A stretch of 61,164 nucleotides of DNA, filler included, from Sphacelaria rigidula (Eukaryota), in the NCBI GenBank assembly GCA_964200075.2. It is 10 parts of 10 records of this genome, joined end to end, with 100 filler letters (N's around TTAATTAATTAA, not from the genome) between each part and the next. Parts side by side here need not be neighbours in the genome. Positions count along the whole stretch, not along the records: positions 36,761 to 42,786 come from CAXNAA020022714.1; positions 42,887 to 48,912 come from CAXNAA020022715.1; positions 49,013 to 55,038 come from CAXNAA020022716.1; 7 more parts are not named here. One strand, 5' to 3'. This document shows, piece after piece, positions 37,791-51,049 of this stretch. Numbering within the stretch: the first letter of the stretch is position 1; each line of letters starts with the position of its first letter. Position numbers and translations under genes: made by a program. Under the pieces are notes generated by a model. The model did not search any database and was not told the origin of the DNA. It was given only the letters and a program-made list of their open reading frames with translations.

Positions 37791-40700
37791 GAGCTGTATT
37801 CCCTCTACAAGGGACAGCAGCCTGGAGGATTAGCGTCGAGCCCGACGTTTTTTTACCGTGTGTGGCGAGAGGCGCGACCAAAGCTACAGCCCAAGGTCGG
37901 GTCGACCTTCATGAAATGCCATGCGTGCGCGGTGTACGAAGACGCCTTGAACGGTACTGCCGGTATCAGGGCGACGGTCGATCCCACCACCATCGAGGAG
38001 ATGAAAGCTAAGCAGGGCGGAGCACCTGGAGGTGAGGTGGCGCTGCAGGCGTCGTGGATTTCGGTATTAATATCGGCGAGGATTCGTCAGACCCGTGTTT
38101 TGGGTGCCCGCCGGGATTATCTGGCTCCGCGTAATGTTGTGTTCGTCCCTCGGCAAGGAATACTCACGGTCGGCATCAGTGCAGCATAAGTCGTAGTCCA
38201 CCGCCACGTTGGTCGCACCCGCCTAATCCCGACCTCGCTGCCGGCGCACATCCTTCATGCATGTTCGCCCTGACCTCGGACCGTTCCTCTCCCGCTTTAT
38301 CCCATCCGACGCTTCACAGAGAGTCGATCGGGACCGACAATGTCTCGCCAACATCGCTGACGCGGCACGACGGGCCAGGGCGGAGCTGAATCCGCTGAAA
38401 TGCATGTCGCTCCAAGCAGATGCGGTCAATCAAACGGCGTTCGCGCTGCCCATGCGCCCTACACTCACGCACGGAACGGACAAGTAAGTCTCGCTTTTTG
38501 TCCAGCGGGCCTCACTAAAGGCTTGATTCGGGTCTCGCCAGCGCGAACGCCCCGTCAAAACTCACCGTATTCGGAGAATTAGCTTCCATGCAACACAAAT
38601 TGGGCGTGAATTTCCTGGCAATGCGAACACTACCGCTGTGGAGAACGTGCATGAAAGATTACAGTGATGTCGGCGCGCACAAGAAGTCTGGCCCGGCCGT
38701 GGCTGCTTCATCTTGAAGCAGGATGATGACATGTCTTCCCGACGGACGCGCTGGAGGGAGTTTCCGTCCGTGCCAATGCGTCGCCAAGCAGTTCATGCTA
38801 CCTCCAAGTAGTGAAGCACGGCTGTTCAAGTACTCCACCCGCCGCACAGGACACTGGCGGTTGCTTCCCGGTCTTCGGCAGTCTTTCACATACTGCTCGT
38901 GTGCGGGCCTCGTTATTGTTACCACGAACGTCATGACACAGCTGAAAACGATAACATATTTACACACACACTGGGCCGAAGACGAGCTTTACGTTGTTCG
39001 TGATCTCATTGCGCAGGGGCTTCGCCGAACGCCAGAAGGTGATGGCCGTTCTGATCGAAGGGCAGTTCGTGGAGAGCTTCCTCACGCCACAAACTGTGGG
39101 CGGAGGTGAGATTAGTTGATTCCCTGTGAATGAACGTTCCCCCGACGCCGTGACAGCGTCCTGCACTATCCGCCCCCCGGTACGAGGAAATCATTTTAAC
39201 AGATTGTAGGATAACAGGCGGATTGCTGATCAGAAGATGGTTCAAGCACATCCCCGCGACCATTACGTCACAACCTTGTAACAAAATCCACGCATGTCCT
39301 CGCCATTCTTAATGCTTGAATGCTCTGGTTGTGTGGCGCACACAGGTAGCAATCTCATCTGTACGGCCATCCACCGCGCACTGTCTCGACTCTTCGAGAT
39401 GCACCATGTAGATGGAAAGGACCCATACATCTCCGAACCGTACATCCAAGTCGACAACTACGTCGGCGAAAACAAGAACCATAATATCCTGGTGGGGTAC
39501 ATGGGCTCGCTAGTTGGGCGCGGCGCAGTGGGTCGAGTGGAGATCAACTTCATGATGGTGGGGCACACGCACATCCTCATCGATCAGGTGTTCTCGAGGC
39601 AAGTACATGTTGACGCAATTGTACACTGACACACGATTCTTTGAGGTATACGCGTTTCACGTCGTCCCCAGGGTGTTGAGGCTGTGATTGCCTCTCGTAC
39701 CCTCGCGATCGGCAGTCATTTTAGGCCAACATCCAAATGCCAGATAATCGGCAACCTTCGGGCTGAACAAACTTAGCGCGATGCCGCTCGCCCTTCATGC
39801 GAGTAGCCGAACACAACAGGGCGCTTCGCGCTAGGTGGTTGAGTGCGAGCCTGGCCCGACGACCACTCGGCGTGGTCCATCCCGGCTTCGTGGGGGTGCG
39901 AGGTCAATGGTGGTGTTATGAGTGCGATATGCATGATCATGAGTACATCCCCCAACCTCTGTCCCCCTCGGCAGCCGTGAGCGGAATCGCGGAATGTTTG
40001 GAACGGTGATGAAGTCCCCTGGATATTTCATCGCCATAACAACCCCGAACGCTGATGAACATGACGGAGAAGTACACATCACGTTGTAGAAGGAACATTA
40101 CTGGGAAAAAAATGCGGGTCCGCTGCAGCAGGGATGAACCCCCAGAGATACACGACAAGGACACTAGAGTGTCTCAAACACAGGACGGTCAACGGCGAAC
40201 ACGCGGGAATCTCCGCCCGGAGTAGTGGCGGTAGAAGATAAGTACCCTCACACACGAGATAAAAAACAGAAGTGGTCCAGTGCTTTGCCTCCCCCTCCTC
40301 CCCCACCCCCAGCGACACAACGAAAACACATCCCCGGAGGCATTTCTGTCTCAGGATGTGGGGATCCACTCCTCCAAGAACAAAACAATGTACACAATAG
40401 TCTTCGGTCTGCCGCCCATAGAAAACTACAGGAGTCTGCCAATGACTGACACCGAAACCCCAACGCCATTGCGGCGTCTGACCATCTGCGACCGTTTAAG
40501 CGTCCGAATCATCAACGTCCCCGTTTCCTGTGTCGGATGATGCACATCCACGTACGTACCGCACCTACAGGCTGTCTGTCCACTACAAGGGGGTAGACCT
40601 CTTCACGAGGCGACAGCAAGCTGACGCCTTCAGAGAAGCCTAAAAGGAGTTGCCGGTTCACACCACCACACTTCGTGCGCTGGTGAATTTCAAGGACGCC

Positions 40701-41009
40701 TGCCTCGGCGGCGGCCGGGTTATCACACTATCCCAGGTATCACACAGCCGCGTGCGTTCGAGGTGAGGCCCGCGGGGAATAATCAGGTGATAGTTGGCAT
40801 GAAGGAATCCATACACGCCCCTACTTTCACCGAGAAGACCGCCGCGGGAGTTTATGAGGGTGAGCCTCGGGTTCTCTCCCGAGGTTCCCTTCCTCTTGTC
40901 GAAGAAGCCCCGCCGTTCGAAATGAAGACAGTTGACCCCACAACGATCAAGTACATCAAGCAATGGTATAAAGCTGTGCATGACCGAGTGGATACACTGT
41001 ATCCTGCCG
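37791..41009 (+). pseudogene. Intron-containing Sola1-like (DDD-type, GHTH..IDQ.FS family) transposase, inactivated
   Basis: The exons are 37791-38031 (ELYSLY..FYRVWRE..FMKCHAC..), 38320-38483 (..KCMSLQADAVNQTAFALP..), 39017-39105, 39346-39598 (GSNLICTAIHRAL..YIQVDNYVGENKN..FMMVGHTHILIDQVFSR) and 40571-41009. Junction phases are consistent. Lesions are a +1 frameshift at ~38016, TAA at 40641 and a frameshift at ~40720. Confidence 0.8.
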
Positions 41010-42786
41010 GTAAGTTTGAATGCCCGTGTTATTTCTTGTCGTTGGGCTCGCACCCGGATCCGCGCAAAGACGACCCCCTACACCGATCGTGCTGTCTGGT
41101 GCCATCTAACTTCATATCAACGGCGAATCGCCTGACTCGTTAGTGTTTCGGTTGTCGTCAGCCTGTAGCCCGTTCCGATGAACGAGAGAGCGAAGGCAGA
41201 GGGATCGCCCAAGCGATTTAGACTGCGAGAACGGTACGACCGACCCCGCAAAAAATACCAGAATTGGCAGGTCGCCCACGATTTAGATATGTCTGTTTTA
41301 CCCGTGTTTACTCCTTATGCACATGCGAGCACGACGGGACGGTATCACTTATTATTTATGTTTTCTTCCCACTTTCTTTCTCGCTTCGTACGGGAGATTG
41401 GCGAAGAAGCGGGTGTTCTTGAATGTTATCATTGTATCAGCTCAAGTATTAGAACTGTGCTCTGGAGAATGGCACAAGCACGTTGAGAAGGCAGAGTACG
41501 CCTTCCTTTCTCGGTTATTCCCGATAGCTTCGCGCGACGTCGTTAACATATGGTATTATATTCCCAATACATTGGGAAACTAGCGCCAAAATAAGTGACA
41601 GAAATCTATCAATGACTGCTGCCGAGATAGCACCCCCCCCAAACCGGCCAAAAATGTGCACGGAGGCGATGATCATAAATGCCGTTAGAGCTGGTTTCGT
41701 GTTCCACGACGCGACTTATTTGGGCGTTATAGCTGATTTCGGACTGCTACAAGCCTTTCATGTGGGCGGCATTGCTGCGAATGAGCCCAATTGTGGGATC
41801 GCAGCCGGTTTGTCGGACGATCTCCCGTGCACTTTTGTGGGGGGCTATCTCGGCATTAGTCCAATGTCACCATTTGTTTATCGTTTTTCCCTCACGAGGC
41901 CCCACCCAGCAATTGCAAACACCAGTAACCCTTCGACAGGGAGGGGTGTAGTCACCCCTGTTTCCTGATTTCAACCGCCTCTGTCTTGAAGTCGCACCCG
42001 TCTAACGTAGACGTCGAGTCTTGGATTTTCAAAATTGGTACGGAGAATGACAACAGCATCAACCAACAGTTATCATCAAACCTGAACTATATTGTTTTCA
42101 GGAGCGGCAAGCAATATTCACCTCTCCGTAAAGAGCCAAATCCCGGGAACCCATCAAATACGACGCAGACGGGACGCGTGATATTTTTCGTCACCAGGCC
42201 GAAGGAGCAGCGTTCAGACATAAGTATGACTATGAGCGCCACGACATAACAAACCCCCAGTTTTGATGGGGGGGTGACGCTCGCGGCCCGCCCCCCCGTT
42301 TGTTACCGAAGCGTAGGCGGATGCGGTCAGGTGCCGCGAACATATATCATTGACATGGGGACCTGAGGCCATCGGGACAGAGCGGGCAAGAGGTAGAAGC
42401 AAATATATGAACCTCGCAAAGCCCACCAGGCTTTGCGGCTTTTGGCAGTGTTTATAGATCAATTCTTGCAACAAGATGGTCGAAACAAATATGAACAGTT
42501 ATAGCAATTTTGGCACGAATGTCCTCCGGCATCCGAGGTCATCGGGACACAACGGGGAATGAGCAGAAGCAGATATACAACCCCCCCTGAGCCCACCAGA
42601 CTTTTCGGTTTTTGGCAGCGATTCTTGCTCGATTTCCTGCGCCAAAATTGATATAAACAAAATCACGACAATTGTCCGCAAGTAATGCCCTCTGGGGGGA
42701 GGGGGGGGGACGTGTTCGATTTGTTTTCTCTACGGAGTCATCCTACGATAGGGGGGGGGGGGGATTTGGTTGCACGAAAAAAGAGG

Positions 42787-42886
42787 NNNNNNNNNNNNNN
42801 NNNNNNNNNNNNNNNNNNNNNNNNNNNNNNTTAATTAATTAANNNNNNNNNNNNNNNNNNNNNNNNNNNNNNNNNNNNNNNNNNNN
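42787..42886. other. Artificial contig linker
   Basis: 44N-TTAATTAATTAA-44N. Confidence 0.99.
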
Positions 42887-42939
42887 CTCAGGCATGACAT
42901 CACCGATGCTGCTGATTTTTCCGCCAAGGTAGAGAAAAT

Positions 42940-43620
42940 ATATATCGTATCGAAATATCGTATCGTATCGTATCGAGTATCGTCCCAATTGCTGGATTCC
43001 GATACGATAGGTTATTTAGATACAATACGATAATTCGATGAATCACCACGGAACCCCCAAAAGCATGCACGAAACCCCCACAACGCACCGGGGGGGCACT
43101 ACCTAGACGCGCACACACAGCAGCGTATAGTGCACACAACACACTGCACTAGACAGCACACGGCACTGACAAAGTAACCTCACTGCAGCCGGAGATTTCA
43201 TGAACAACTCGTCCGCGGGGGCGGCTGCGTCTGCCCCAAGCTAGTAGTAGTAGCGTCTTAGCCTTGTTTTCCTTGGGGGCGCTCGCGTGTGGGGGACTGC
43301 GGAGTGCCGTTGATAAGATGAAACACCAAAAACTCTGAAACAACGCATCATTTTGCCTACACGTCCACAAACAAAAAAATAAAAGATATTGAAAAACTGG
43401 TCAAACACTTGGCACGGCCGGGTTTATTATACGGTAAAAATTGATAGGAAATGAAGGGAAATGAAGCGAAAACGCCCCAACTTTCTGCCCCCGGCGGCGC
43501 CTCCAGCAGGGCCCCCTCACCAGCCGGGGGGGGGCCGAAGGGGCTCGCCGATAAGTTTCGGCTTCGCCGACATTTATCGACATCGTATCGAACTGATTGA
43601 TGGAACGATATTCAACACTA
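42940..43620. mobile_element. Probable non-autonomous DNA transposon with TATCG/CGATA subterminal arrays (hAT-like, tentative)
   Basis: TATCG motifs cluster at 42944-43035 and again at 43550-43615, ending in CGATATTCAACACTA. I did not identify a matching left TIR or a TSD. Confidence 0.35.
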
Positions 43621-44799
43621 GTTTTCATGCATGGGGGGATTTTCACCCGTACTCATTTTTTTCCCCCCTGCCACTTTGAACCCCTCCCCTTCCTCGAGAT
43701 GAGTCCGTGGTCTCAAGGCATCAACCCGTCTCTCCCCCGTTACGCGCCTTTCATTTGAGTTTCGCAGATTGGGTCAGCACTCCCGCACCGCGTCAACTCA
43801 CGTCTCACAAACCCCAGTCGACTACTTTGTTTTCTCACGTCCTCACGCTTTCCACGGTGGAAATCATACATTACGAAGAGATAACCCCACGCATCGGGAA
43901 TCGAACCCCCGTTCTCTCCACCCTAATGGCAACAGTCGGACCATTACACCACCGGGGCGCGGCGGCATATACATGCCAATATCAACCCTGCTCGCCGGTA
44001 AGAAAGACATTACAAACATGTGCATGCCACTATCGCAGGGGTAGCGCGTGAAACATGCTGTGGGTATCGCCGTACAAGGTATCAAGCACGCGCACACACA
44101 CTCTGTTGTCTCTCTGTCGCCAGTGATACCGTGGCTCGTCGGCATCAGAAGGGGATACTGCGGAAATGGCACCGAGTGTGATTCGGAGGCCAGGTGGTCA
44201 CATCGACCATCCGATGTGGTGCAGATGGTTCAGTGTGAAGCACGTCAAAGAGAGAGCGGTGAAGAGCACCTTCCGACTTTTCCCTCCAGCGATCATCATA
44301 TTGGTGATACGAACGACGTTCGGCAGCTCGCTCGCTGCCAGAACCGAATCGATTCCACCCACCGAACAGAGTCGATGCCTGCGCGTGGTAGTGCTACACA
44401 GTACAGTACAGTGTTGAAAGAGGTCAAGTTGGATACCATGGTTTGGTTCAGAGTTGGATATTTTTTGTATCCAAACACGCGTCCCGTCTTGATTAAAATT
44501 ACCCTCACGCACAACCAGCGATTCTCCCACGGGCGTCGGTGGACCAACCCCCATGCACTTGTGCACCCAAGGGCGCACTGCAGTATGCACGAAACACCAT
44601 CACTGGCACACGAGGCACGGTTGATATTCCACCTCCTAGAGAAGATAACCTTGAATAGCACAGATCTAGGCGCGCAGCCTATCTACAGATCAAATGTCTA
44701 TTTTTTTCCAGCAGGCTCAATTACAAGGAGAAATCATCATCATCGTCGTTGCCCGCTTCCGCCGAGTCCTCTCTCAGAGATCTCCGATCCGCTGCATTC

Positions 44800-44963
44800 C
44801 GAATCTGAATTTCCAATCTGAATCTTCAACCCAATCGGCGCCGTCGGCGGCGCGGGAGTCGCCGCGCTTGGTCACCCGCCTATTACCGCCGCCAGATATG
44901 TCCAACGGGTCACCCCCGCCAGACCTCTGCCCGCCGCAGTTGCCGCCACCGGCGGGGTCGTCG

Positions 44964-45001
<38 letters not shown>

Positions 45002-47915
45002 AGACGCCGCCGGTGAATTCGACCCGAGGGCAGCCACTGCCAGTCCGCGGCCAGAAACACTGGCGCTGATGGCCGCTACTCCCGCTTCCGCCACCACCCT
45101 TCTCCGTGGCTGGCCCAGCACCACTGCCACACTCGACTGTCGAGTGGCTTCCCCCAACCTGCAGCCAATATCCTCGCGGCATCCCGCCGCGGCCCCCATC
45201 ACCGCTGCTTCGTCCGCCTGCTACCGCCGCTGCCGCCGCCGCAGACTTTTAGGCGGGTTCTGCTGCTCTATCTCCCACGACACCCCCACCGCGAGCTTGT
45301 CCCGCGAAACCTCGCCCTATTGTAACCACTCCGATGTAGGATCCCTGGACAGGCCCGTCTGGGCCCTCACTGGTGGCACTCACGCAGGGTGCCTTGACCT
45401 CCACAGACCCGCGCCCGCCTGCCGCCGCCGTCCAAACTCCCCCCTCGCACTTCCGTCCGACACGCCCTCCTACTTCTGCTCCAGCCGTTGGCATGAAACC
45501 ACTCAGGGCAGACGGTATTCTGGCCCCATTCGTGACGATCAAGGGTCCAGTACTGTTGTCGAGTAGTACTCGCTTGGAACTACCGCTAGCCAGGTAATTC
45601 GCACATGCTTTTTGTACTCCCGAAGCAAGCTCTGGAAGCCTGGTCCTCTGAGAAGGATCATCGTCGACGTGGGGTGGAACTTTGTGTTGCACTTGTGGAG
45701 CCTCTATTCGTTTGCGCTCGCTGCTCATGATGCTTGATACAATAGTTCCCACGGTGTCAGGATAATCGTATGCAAGCACCAACATCTCGTTTCTGGCACC
45801 GTTTCGTTCAGTACGCACCTTCGCCGCATGGTCGGGTTCGACTGCTCGGTACTCGCTCTCTGTGACAGCATGAAGAGGTTCTCAGTGCGCCTGCACGAAG
45901 TAGTCGACGAAACGACCCTGCGCTACGTTGTGTGGATGTAGCTGTTCATCATAGGAATAAGCAGATCTTATCCACTGTACGGCTAGACTTTTGTTTGAGT
46001 ACCCCAAACCAGGCGTCACGATGGGACCGAGTCAAACGGTCAAAGAGGCGGTATGAGGGAAATATGAACGCGCGACAGGGAAAGTTGCGTTGATCCGTTC
46101 ACTTATTCGGGATACTCTTGCGGAAACAGTATAATATTAGTGCATCAGCAATTTAAATATTCTAGTAAGGACGGGCAGAGGCAGGCTGCCAGCTGCTTGC
46201 GATTGGGGGGGGCGGGGGTGAGTATACTCGTTTCCCACCGTTGTCGCCACCAGACCACAGATCGATAGCAGATATCCCTCTCACCTCCACTGGAATTCAG
46301 GACTGGAATTCAGGGCGCTGAACGAGATGGACGCTCCGCGCGTGCTTGTCCTTCCAGGAGTATTGGCCACCCCCACGATCCCTCGCAAGGCGGTCGATAG
46401 CTCCCGCATGTACATAGTATTGCTGTTGGATTTCAACGCCATGCCTTAACCCTTCCTCGGATTGATCATGATTTTCTTCGGTGGGATCGTATATACCTTA
46501 TCCTTGGTTGCGACCTTCTTGGTCTTATTACCCAACTCATAACACGCGATACTATCGTTCAGCTTTTCTGAGACACGTCGGAGCCCGACAGAACGGTCAC
46601 TTCCCACGGACCACTGAGCACTTGCACGTCTAGCGCATGCAGGTGTCGGCCGGCGTCAAGGCAGGGGTACGGTGTAGTTCCTGATACGCCTTGGTCACGT
46701 GGAGTTGGCGCTTGAGGAACAGCTCTCTTGCAGTGTTCTGCCCGTTGCCCTCCCTGACAAACAGTTGTCTCTCACTGCCCCGTCCCCCACATCTCGGCAT
46801 CGGGCGATTGGAGCAAGCTTCGGCGCAGGAGGGGTCTTCGTGTTGCTGGCGTTTTGAAGAACCTGGTCGCCATCTTCTGTTGCTCATCAACCCCCACCCT
46901 TGCCCAATTCTTGTTGTCGCGCAACGAGACCGATAACAGCTGTTCCACAATCTTCGTATCCGATTCTGGCATTTGCGCCATGTGCATCAGGTGTAGAACA
47001 ACCAGTCATTGAGGATGGTCCTTACCCGTCACACAGAAAATGGCTGCCATCCGGCGAAGGTCCACCAGCCGAAGCGGGGAGTTGCCCGTGCGTAAGCCCG
47101 TCTGAACCGCCGTATATACTATTGTTCATGGAGGGCAAAGCTCTTGCACACTAGAAAGCTGCTGTGGTTTCCTGCACGCGCCCGAATCCAAGCACGATTA
47201 GCGGCGATGTCCTCTCTCCTCGCTTGTACGTTCACATTATTGGCAATGTCGCGGAACTCTTCTGCTTTCTGCTCCACGGTTCTGTCCAGAGGTTCAGGGT
47301 TGTCACTGTGTTGGCCACGCCGGCGCTCAGTCGCCGACACTGCTGCGGTTCTGGGGGCGGCAGCTGATGCGATGCCGGCGGCCGAACCCATTCGGCTACC
47401 AGCGACCATCGCTGGGGCTGCGCTGGTGGCGGCGAATACTCCCGTGCTGACAGCGGCCGGGGTTCCGTCGGCAGGACCGACTGCCCCTCCGGCGTCGGCG
47501 CTTCTCCGCTGTTAGAGTGGGGTGGGAACAATCCTTGTCCACATTCGTAGAAATGTACCAATCCCGTACTGGTGCCAAGATACAGAACGTCGGTCCCATA
47601 ATGCCCACGAGTGTGTCTCCGCGGAGGCGCAGCCCTCACCACGACACCTGCGTCGTTCAGCAACAACGGGGTTCGAAGACGGAAGGCTTGGTGGTGATGA
47701 TGACCGCTAATTCATGCTGACATCCCCTGTCGCCCCCGCAGGGCCCGGTTTTCTTTTTGTGGCGTAGGGTGCCGCCGACCCGATGCCAAGTGGAGGCGCT
47801 GCCTTAGTCCCATTCCGCAGAGGTTATGCTGCGGCGGCGCCCGTGGGTTGTTCTGCGGTGGCGGCATCAGTTGGTACGGGTGGAGTCGCCGCGACGCCCG
47901 GAGCTTTTTTTTCAC
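44800..47915 (-). pseudogene. Decayed coding region of unknown family
   Basis: GC-rich, protein-like minus-strand frames with scattered stops and frameshifts (..VEQKAEEFRDIANNVNVQARREDIAANRAWIR..; ..KIVEQLLSVSLRDNKNWARV..; ..NEMLVLAYDYPDTVGTIVSSIM..), plus a candidate donor AG|GTGAGA near 46284. Confidence 0.3.
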
Positions 47916-48912
47916 GTCTTTTCTTCGCCGTGGTTATTAATTAAAAATGACAGGTCCCGTCGAATGCGTTTTTATATTCTGTCTTGGGCCAAATTGAACG
48001 ATACTGCACACAGGTTAATGTTTTTGAATCTAAAATTGACTTTCCCCTCAAATTTGAATTCAAAACAATTCCAATGGGAGTGTCTACCAACGTTTATATT
48101 CTTGGGTATTCAGCTAACATTCAACAAATAGAAAACAACCAAGGCAAGTCGGGCACGGTGCGAAGTTTCAAATGCCCGGTTAAAAATGTACGGTGCGTGC
48201 TTGTTCGTACACCCACATAGTTGAGTACAGCGCAGCACAGAATAACTGATTTTGAGGCAGCCGTCTTTCCTGAGCGGACAGAAGCTGCACATGTTGCTTC
48301 GGACACATAACGGTACGGATAGGTAGGCGCGCTGCAACTGTTTTAGCGCGCAATATAACACAATGCAGTACAGTGCAGTACAGTGCAGTACAGCGCAGCC
48401 GCCAGACGCTAGGATACAGCAGTGTCTTCTCAGTGCACTTCCACGCAGCAACGCTTCATTCACCACATTAGGTACCAAAATGTATAGTGGGAAGAGTGAC
48501 GTCGGTGCTGTACACCTCCACCAGGTCCGCCTCCACCAGGTCAATCATCCTTCATACTTGCAGGGAGGCAGCGGTGGTCTGTTTCTCTGGCACGGTGGAG
48601 CGCATCTTCCATACACAGAGAAAGGATCCTCCCTCTTTTCCCTGTTATTGTTAGTCCGTGCTTCATGGCGCGGCACTGCTCACACGGCGTGAGGAAGAGG
48701 ATTCCGACATGGCGCCGAAGCGACTGCTCATTCTATCGTGGTCGGACCTCTGGGTCGATATCTCCGGAGAAAAGGTACATGATACTGATACTACAACGTC
48801 AACGTCATGACAAACCGTTGCCCCCCCCCCCCACAACAAAAAAAAAAAAAAAAAAAGCCAAACACAGAAAGAAAGCGAAGCACCCACCCCCCCCCCCCCA
48901 CCCCACACCCAA

Positions 48913-49012
48913 NNNNNNNNNNNNNNNNNNNNNNNNNNNNNNNNNNNNNNNNNNNNTTAATTAATTAANNNNNNNNNNNNNNNNNNNNNNNNNNNNNNNN
49001 NNNNNNNNNNNN
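48913..49012. other. Artificial contig linker
   Basis: 44N-TTAATTAATTAA-44N. Confidence 0.99.
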
Positions 49013-49586
49013 GTGTGTCTTTTTGGTTTGGCGGTGTGTTGGTTTGTGCTCTAGGGGATGGGGTTTTTTTTTTTTTTTTTTCCCCCCCCCCCCACCACAC
49101 GTTATACTTTTTTAGTGTAGAAGTGCAGTTGACATCGCTCATCGCTCCTGTTTTGTTTTCGTCACAGACTCAACCCTTTGATTATTTTCCGAAGTAATGA
49201 AGTTATTATTTAGGTGAGTTCAGATTCGTACGTACAGTAGGCATACCCATGCGGACGTTTTCTTTTCTTCATCAAAGCACGAGACATGATCCTTATTGCA
49301 GTAAAGATCACATATGTTGCTTGCCTTAGTTGTTTGACCATTGACCACGCATCCCTCTCTTTCGAGACGGAGCACCGTTCCTACTTACTCGTACTAGAGA
49401 CACCTTCAACATTCTGGCGCTCATTACGTTTCTTCCGCAGCTCATTACGTTTCTCCCATACAGTACACAAAAACCTTTTGCATATCTTATCCCCGTCCTA
49501 GAAAGGAACAGCATCAGGGCTTCCCATGTGGTCCCCCACCGTAGTACTACGAGCTGGGCCAGCCGAGAAGCGATTCTGCAGTTTTC

Positions 49587-49860
49587 AGGCCCATTATACG
49601 GCCAATACTTGGAGTTGAACCCTGAAATTTGGTATGGACAATGAGCAGGGCATAATAAAGAAATTACTGTACACAAGGTTTTGTTTTTTGTTTTTCATGA
49701 GTCAGGGGTATTTTACCGATATCTGAAAACTGATTATTGCCCTTAACTCATGAAAAAAAAAAATCTTTTTTGTACGCCAGTAATTTTTTTTATTATGCCC
49801 TACTCATTGTCCATACCAAATTTCAGGGTCCAACTTCAAGTATTGGCCGTATAATGGGCC
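49587..49860. mobile_element. ~275 bp hairpin MITE with ~120 bp inverted arms
   Basis: GGCCCATTATACGGCCAATACTTG..CCCTGAAATTTGGTATGGACAATGAG is inverted to CTCATTGTCCATACCAAATTTCAGGG..CAAGTATTGGCCGTATAATGGGCC. Confidence 0.85.
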
Positions 49861-50049
49861 GTTTAGTGACAGGGTCAGAATTAATTCGGAACAGTATTTT
49901 GCAGGTCATTTACCGGCCCACGTTTGGTGGTTGTGTATTGAAAGTTTGTGTGGGGCGTGGCTAGGGCATAATCAACAAAACAAAGTGGGTGAGATCATTT
50001 TTTAAAAAATTCTTCATTGGTTTAGGGCGTTCAAGTCTGATGAAGACCA

Positions 50050-50735
50050 TTTTTTCACGAGAACGCCTGAACCTCTCCAAAAACAAATTGAAGGCCCATT
50101 TATATTTTATTTCATGCATACCTCTGTGGTCCTCCATGCTGAGTTTCAAATTACAATTCTTGAAATTGAGGTAATAAAGTGAGATAAGGCCCACAAGCAG
50201 TGTTCATTTCTCCTCAAAACTGCCCAAAAAACCCGAAAAAAATGACAAAAAACGAAACAGTTGGAAAAAAAAAGATGTGTTTATAAGCTTCATTATGCAC
50301 TAGCGGTTCTCCATACGCAATTTTATAGCACAANNNNNNNNNNAAACTGAGACGCGATATCCAGGTTCAGCTAATCTCACGCATCTGCTCGTAATATACT
50401 GATTCTAGTATGTGAACTTATATGCGCCATATCTCGAGATAGATTACGAATTAGGTGAAGGTGAGGGTATCTATCGTCTCCCTGTGCTCCGGGGAATGTC
50501 CACACCAAAATTCGTCATCCGCTGAATGCATCGATCGGGGGTTTCGTAGAGATTTTAGTTTGGACGCCATCTCCCTTAGGTATAGGAATTACTAGACATG
50601 GAATTTAATCAACGAGAAAATATGGGCCCAAAATGTTGAGCAGATGGGCACCTTCCCCTTGGTTAGACGATGAATACAATATGCGAATCATGACCCAACT
50701 CGTCCGTGTCGACGAGATATTGCTTTGAGAGCTCA
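50050..50735 (+). repeat. Dispersed repeat family C, copy 2 (contains a 10-N scaffold gap at 50334-50343)
   Basis: Collinear similarity to 36985-37670. Confidence 0.85.
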
Positions 50736-51049
50736 AATCCGTGTCTAGGCTGGCCCAGCTCGTACAGAGCGAGGGAGAAACGGTCATCGTGCTTGGCGAC
50801 ATTTAACTGGGCAAGAAACAGTGACGGGCTCTCGCTTCATGGAAAGACAACAGCGGTGTGGAGAAAGACATCCGTTCCCAAGGAATGTTAAACTTGCGGT
50901 AGGGCACACGATCCTGCCTGCACAAGGAAAAAAACAAAACTTAAATCTACGTGATTTACACCAACACAAGGCGATACAATGCTCCGTCAGGCATGACGCA
51001 GAAATTTGACGCCACGTGTATTTATGTGAAAACAAATATCCGTTCACAC

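Noticed and set aside
13142..41009. Harbinger transposase, PHD gene and Sola-like transposase as one multi-gene system
   Set aside because: They lie on different contigs that are adjacent only because of size sorting.
44300..44320. TTGGTGATAC as a possible LTR primer-binding site
   Set aside because: I could not identify an LTR pair, gag or pol motifs, or a matching tRNA.
44694..45566. 290-aa Pro-rich plus-strand ORF, the longest in the track
   Set aside because: It is explained by high GC and a ~30-nt C homopolymer, has no recognisable domain, and the minus strand looks at least as coding-like.
50784..50917. Possible next CTL exon after a polypyrimidine tract and CAG
   Set aside because: The translation does not resemble the expected CTL C-terminus, so the exon is unsupported.
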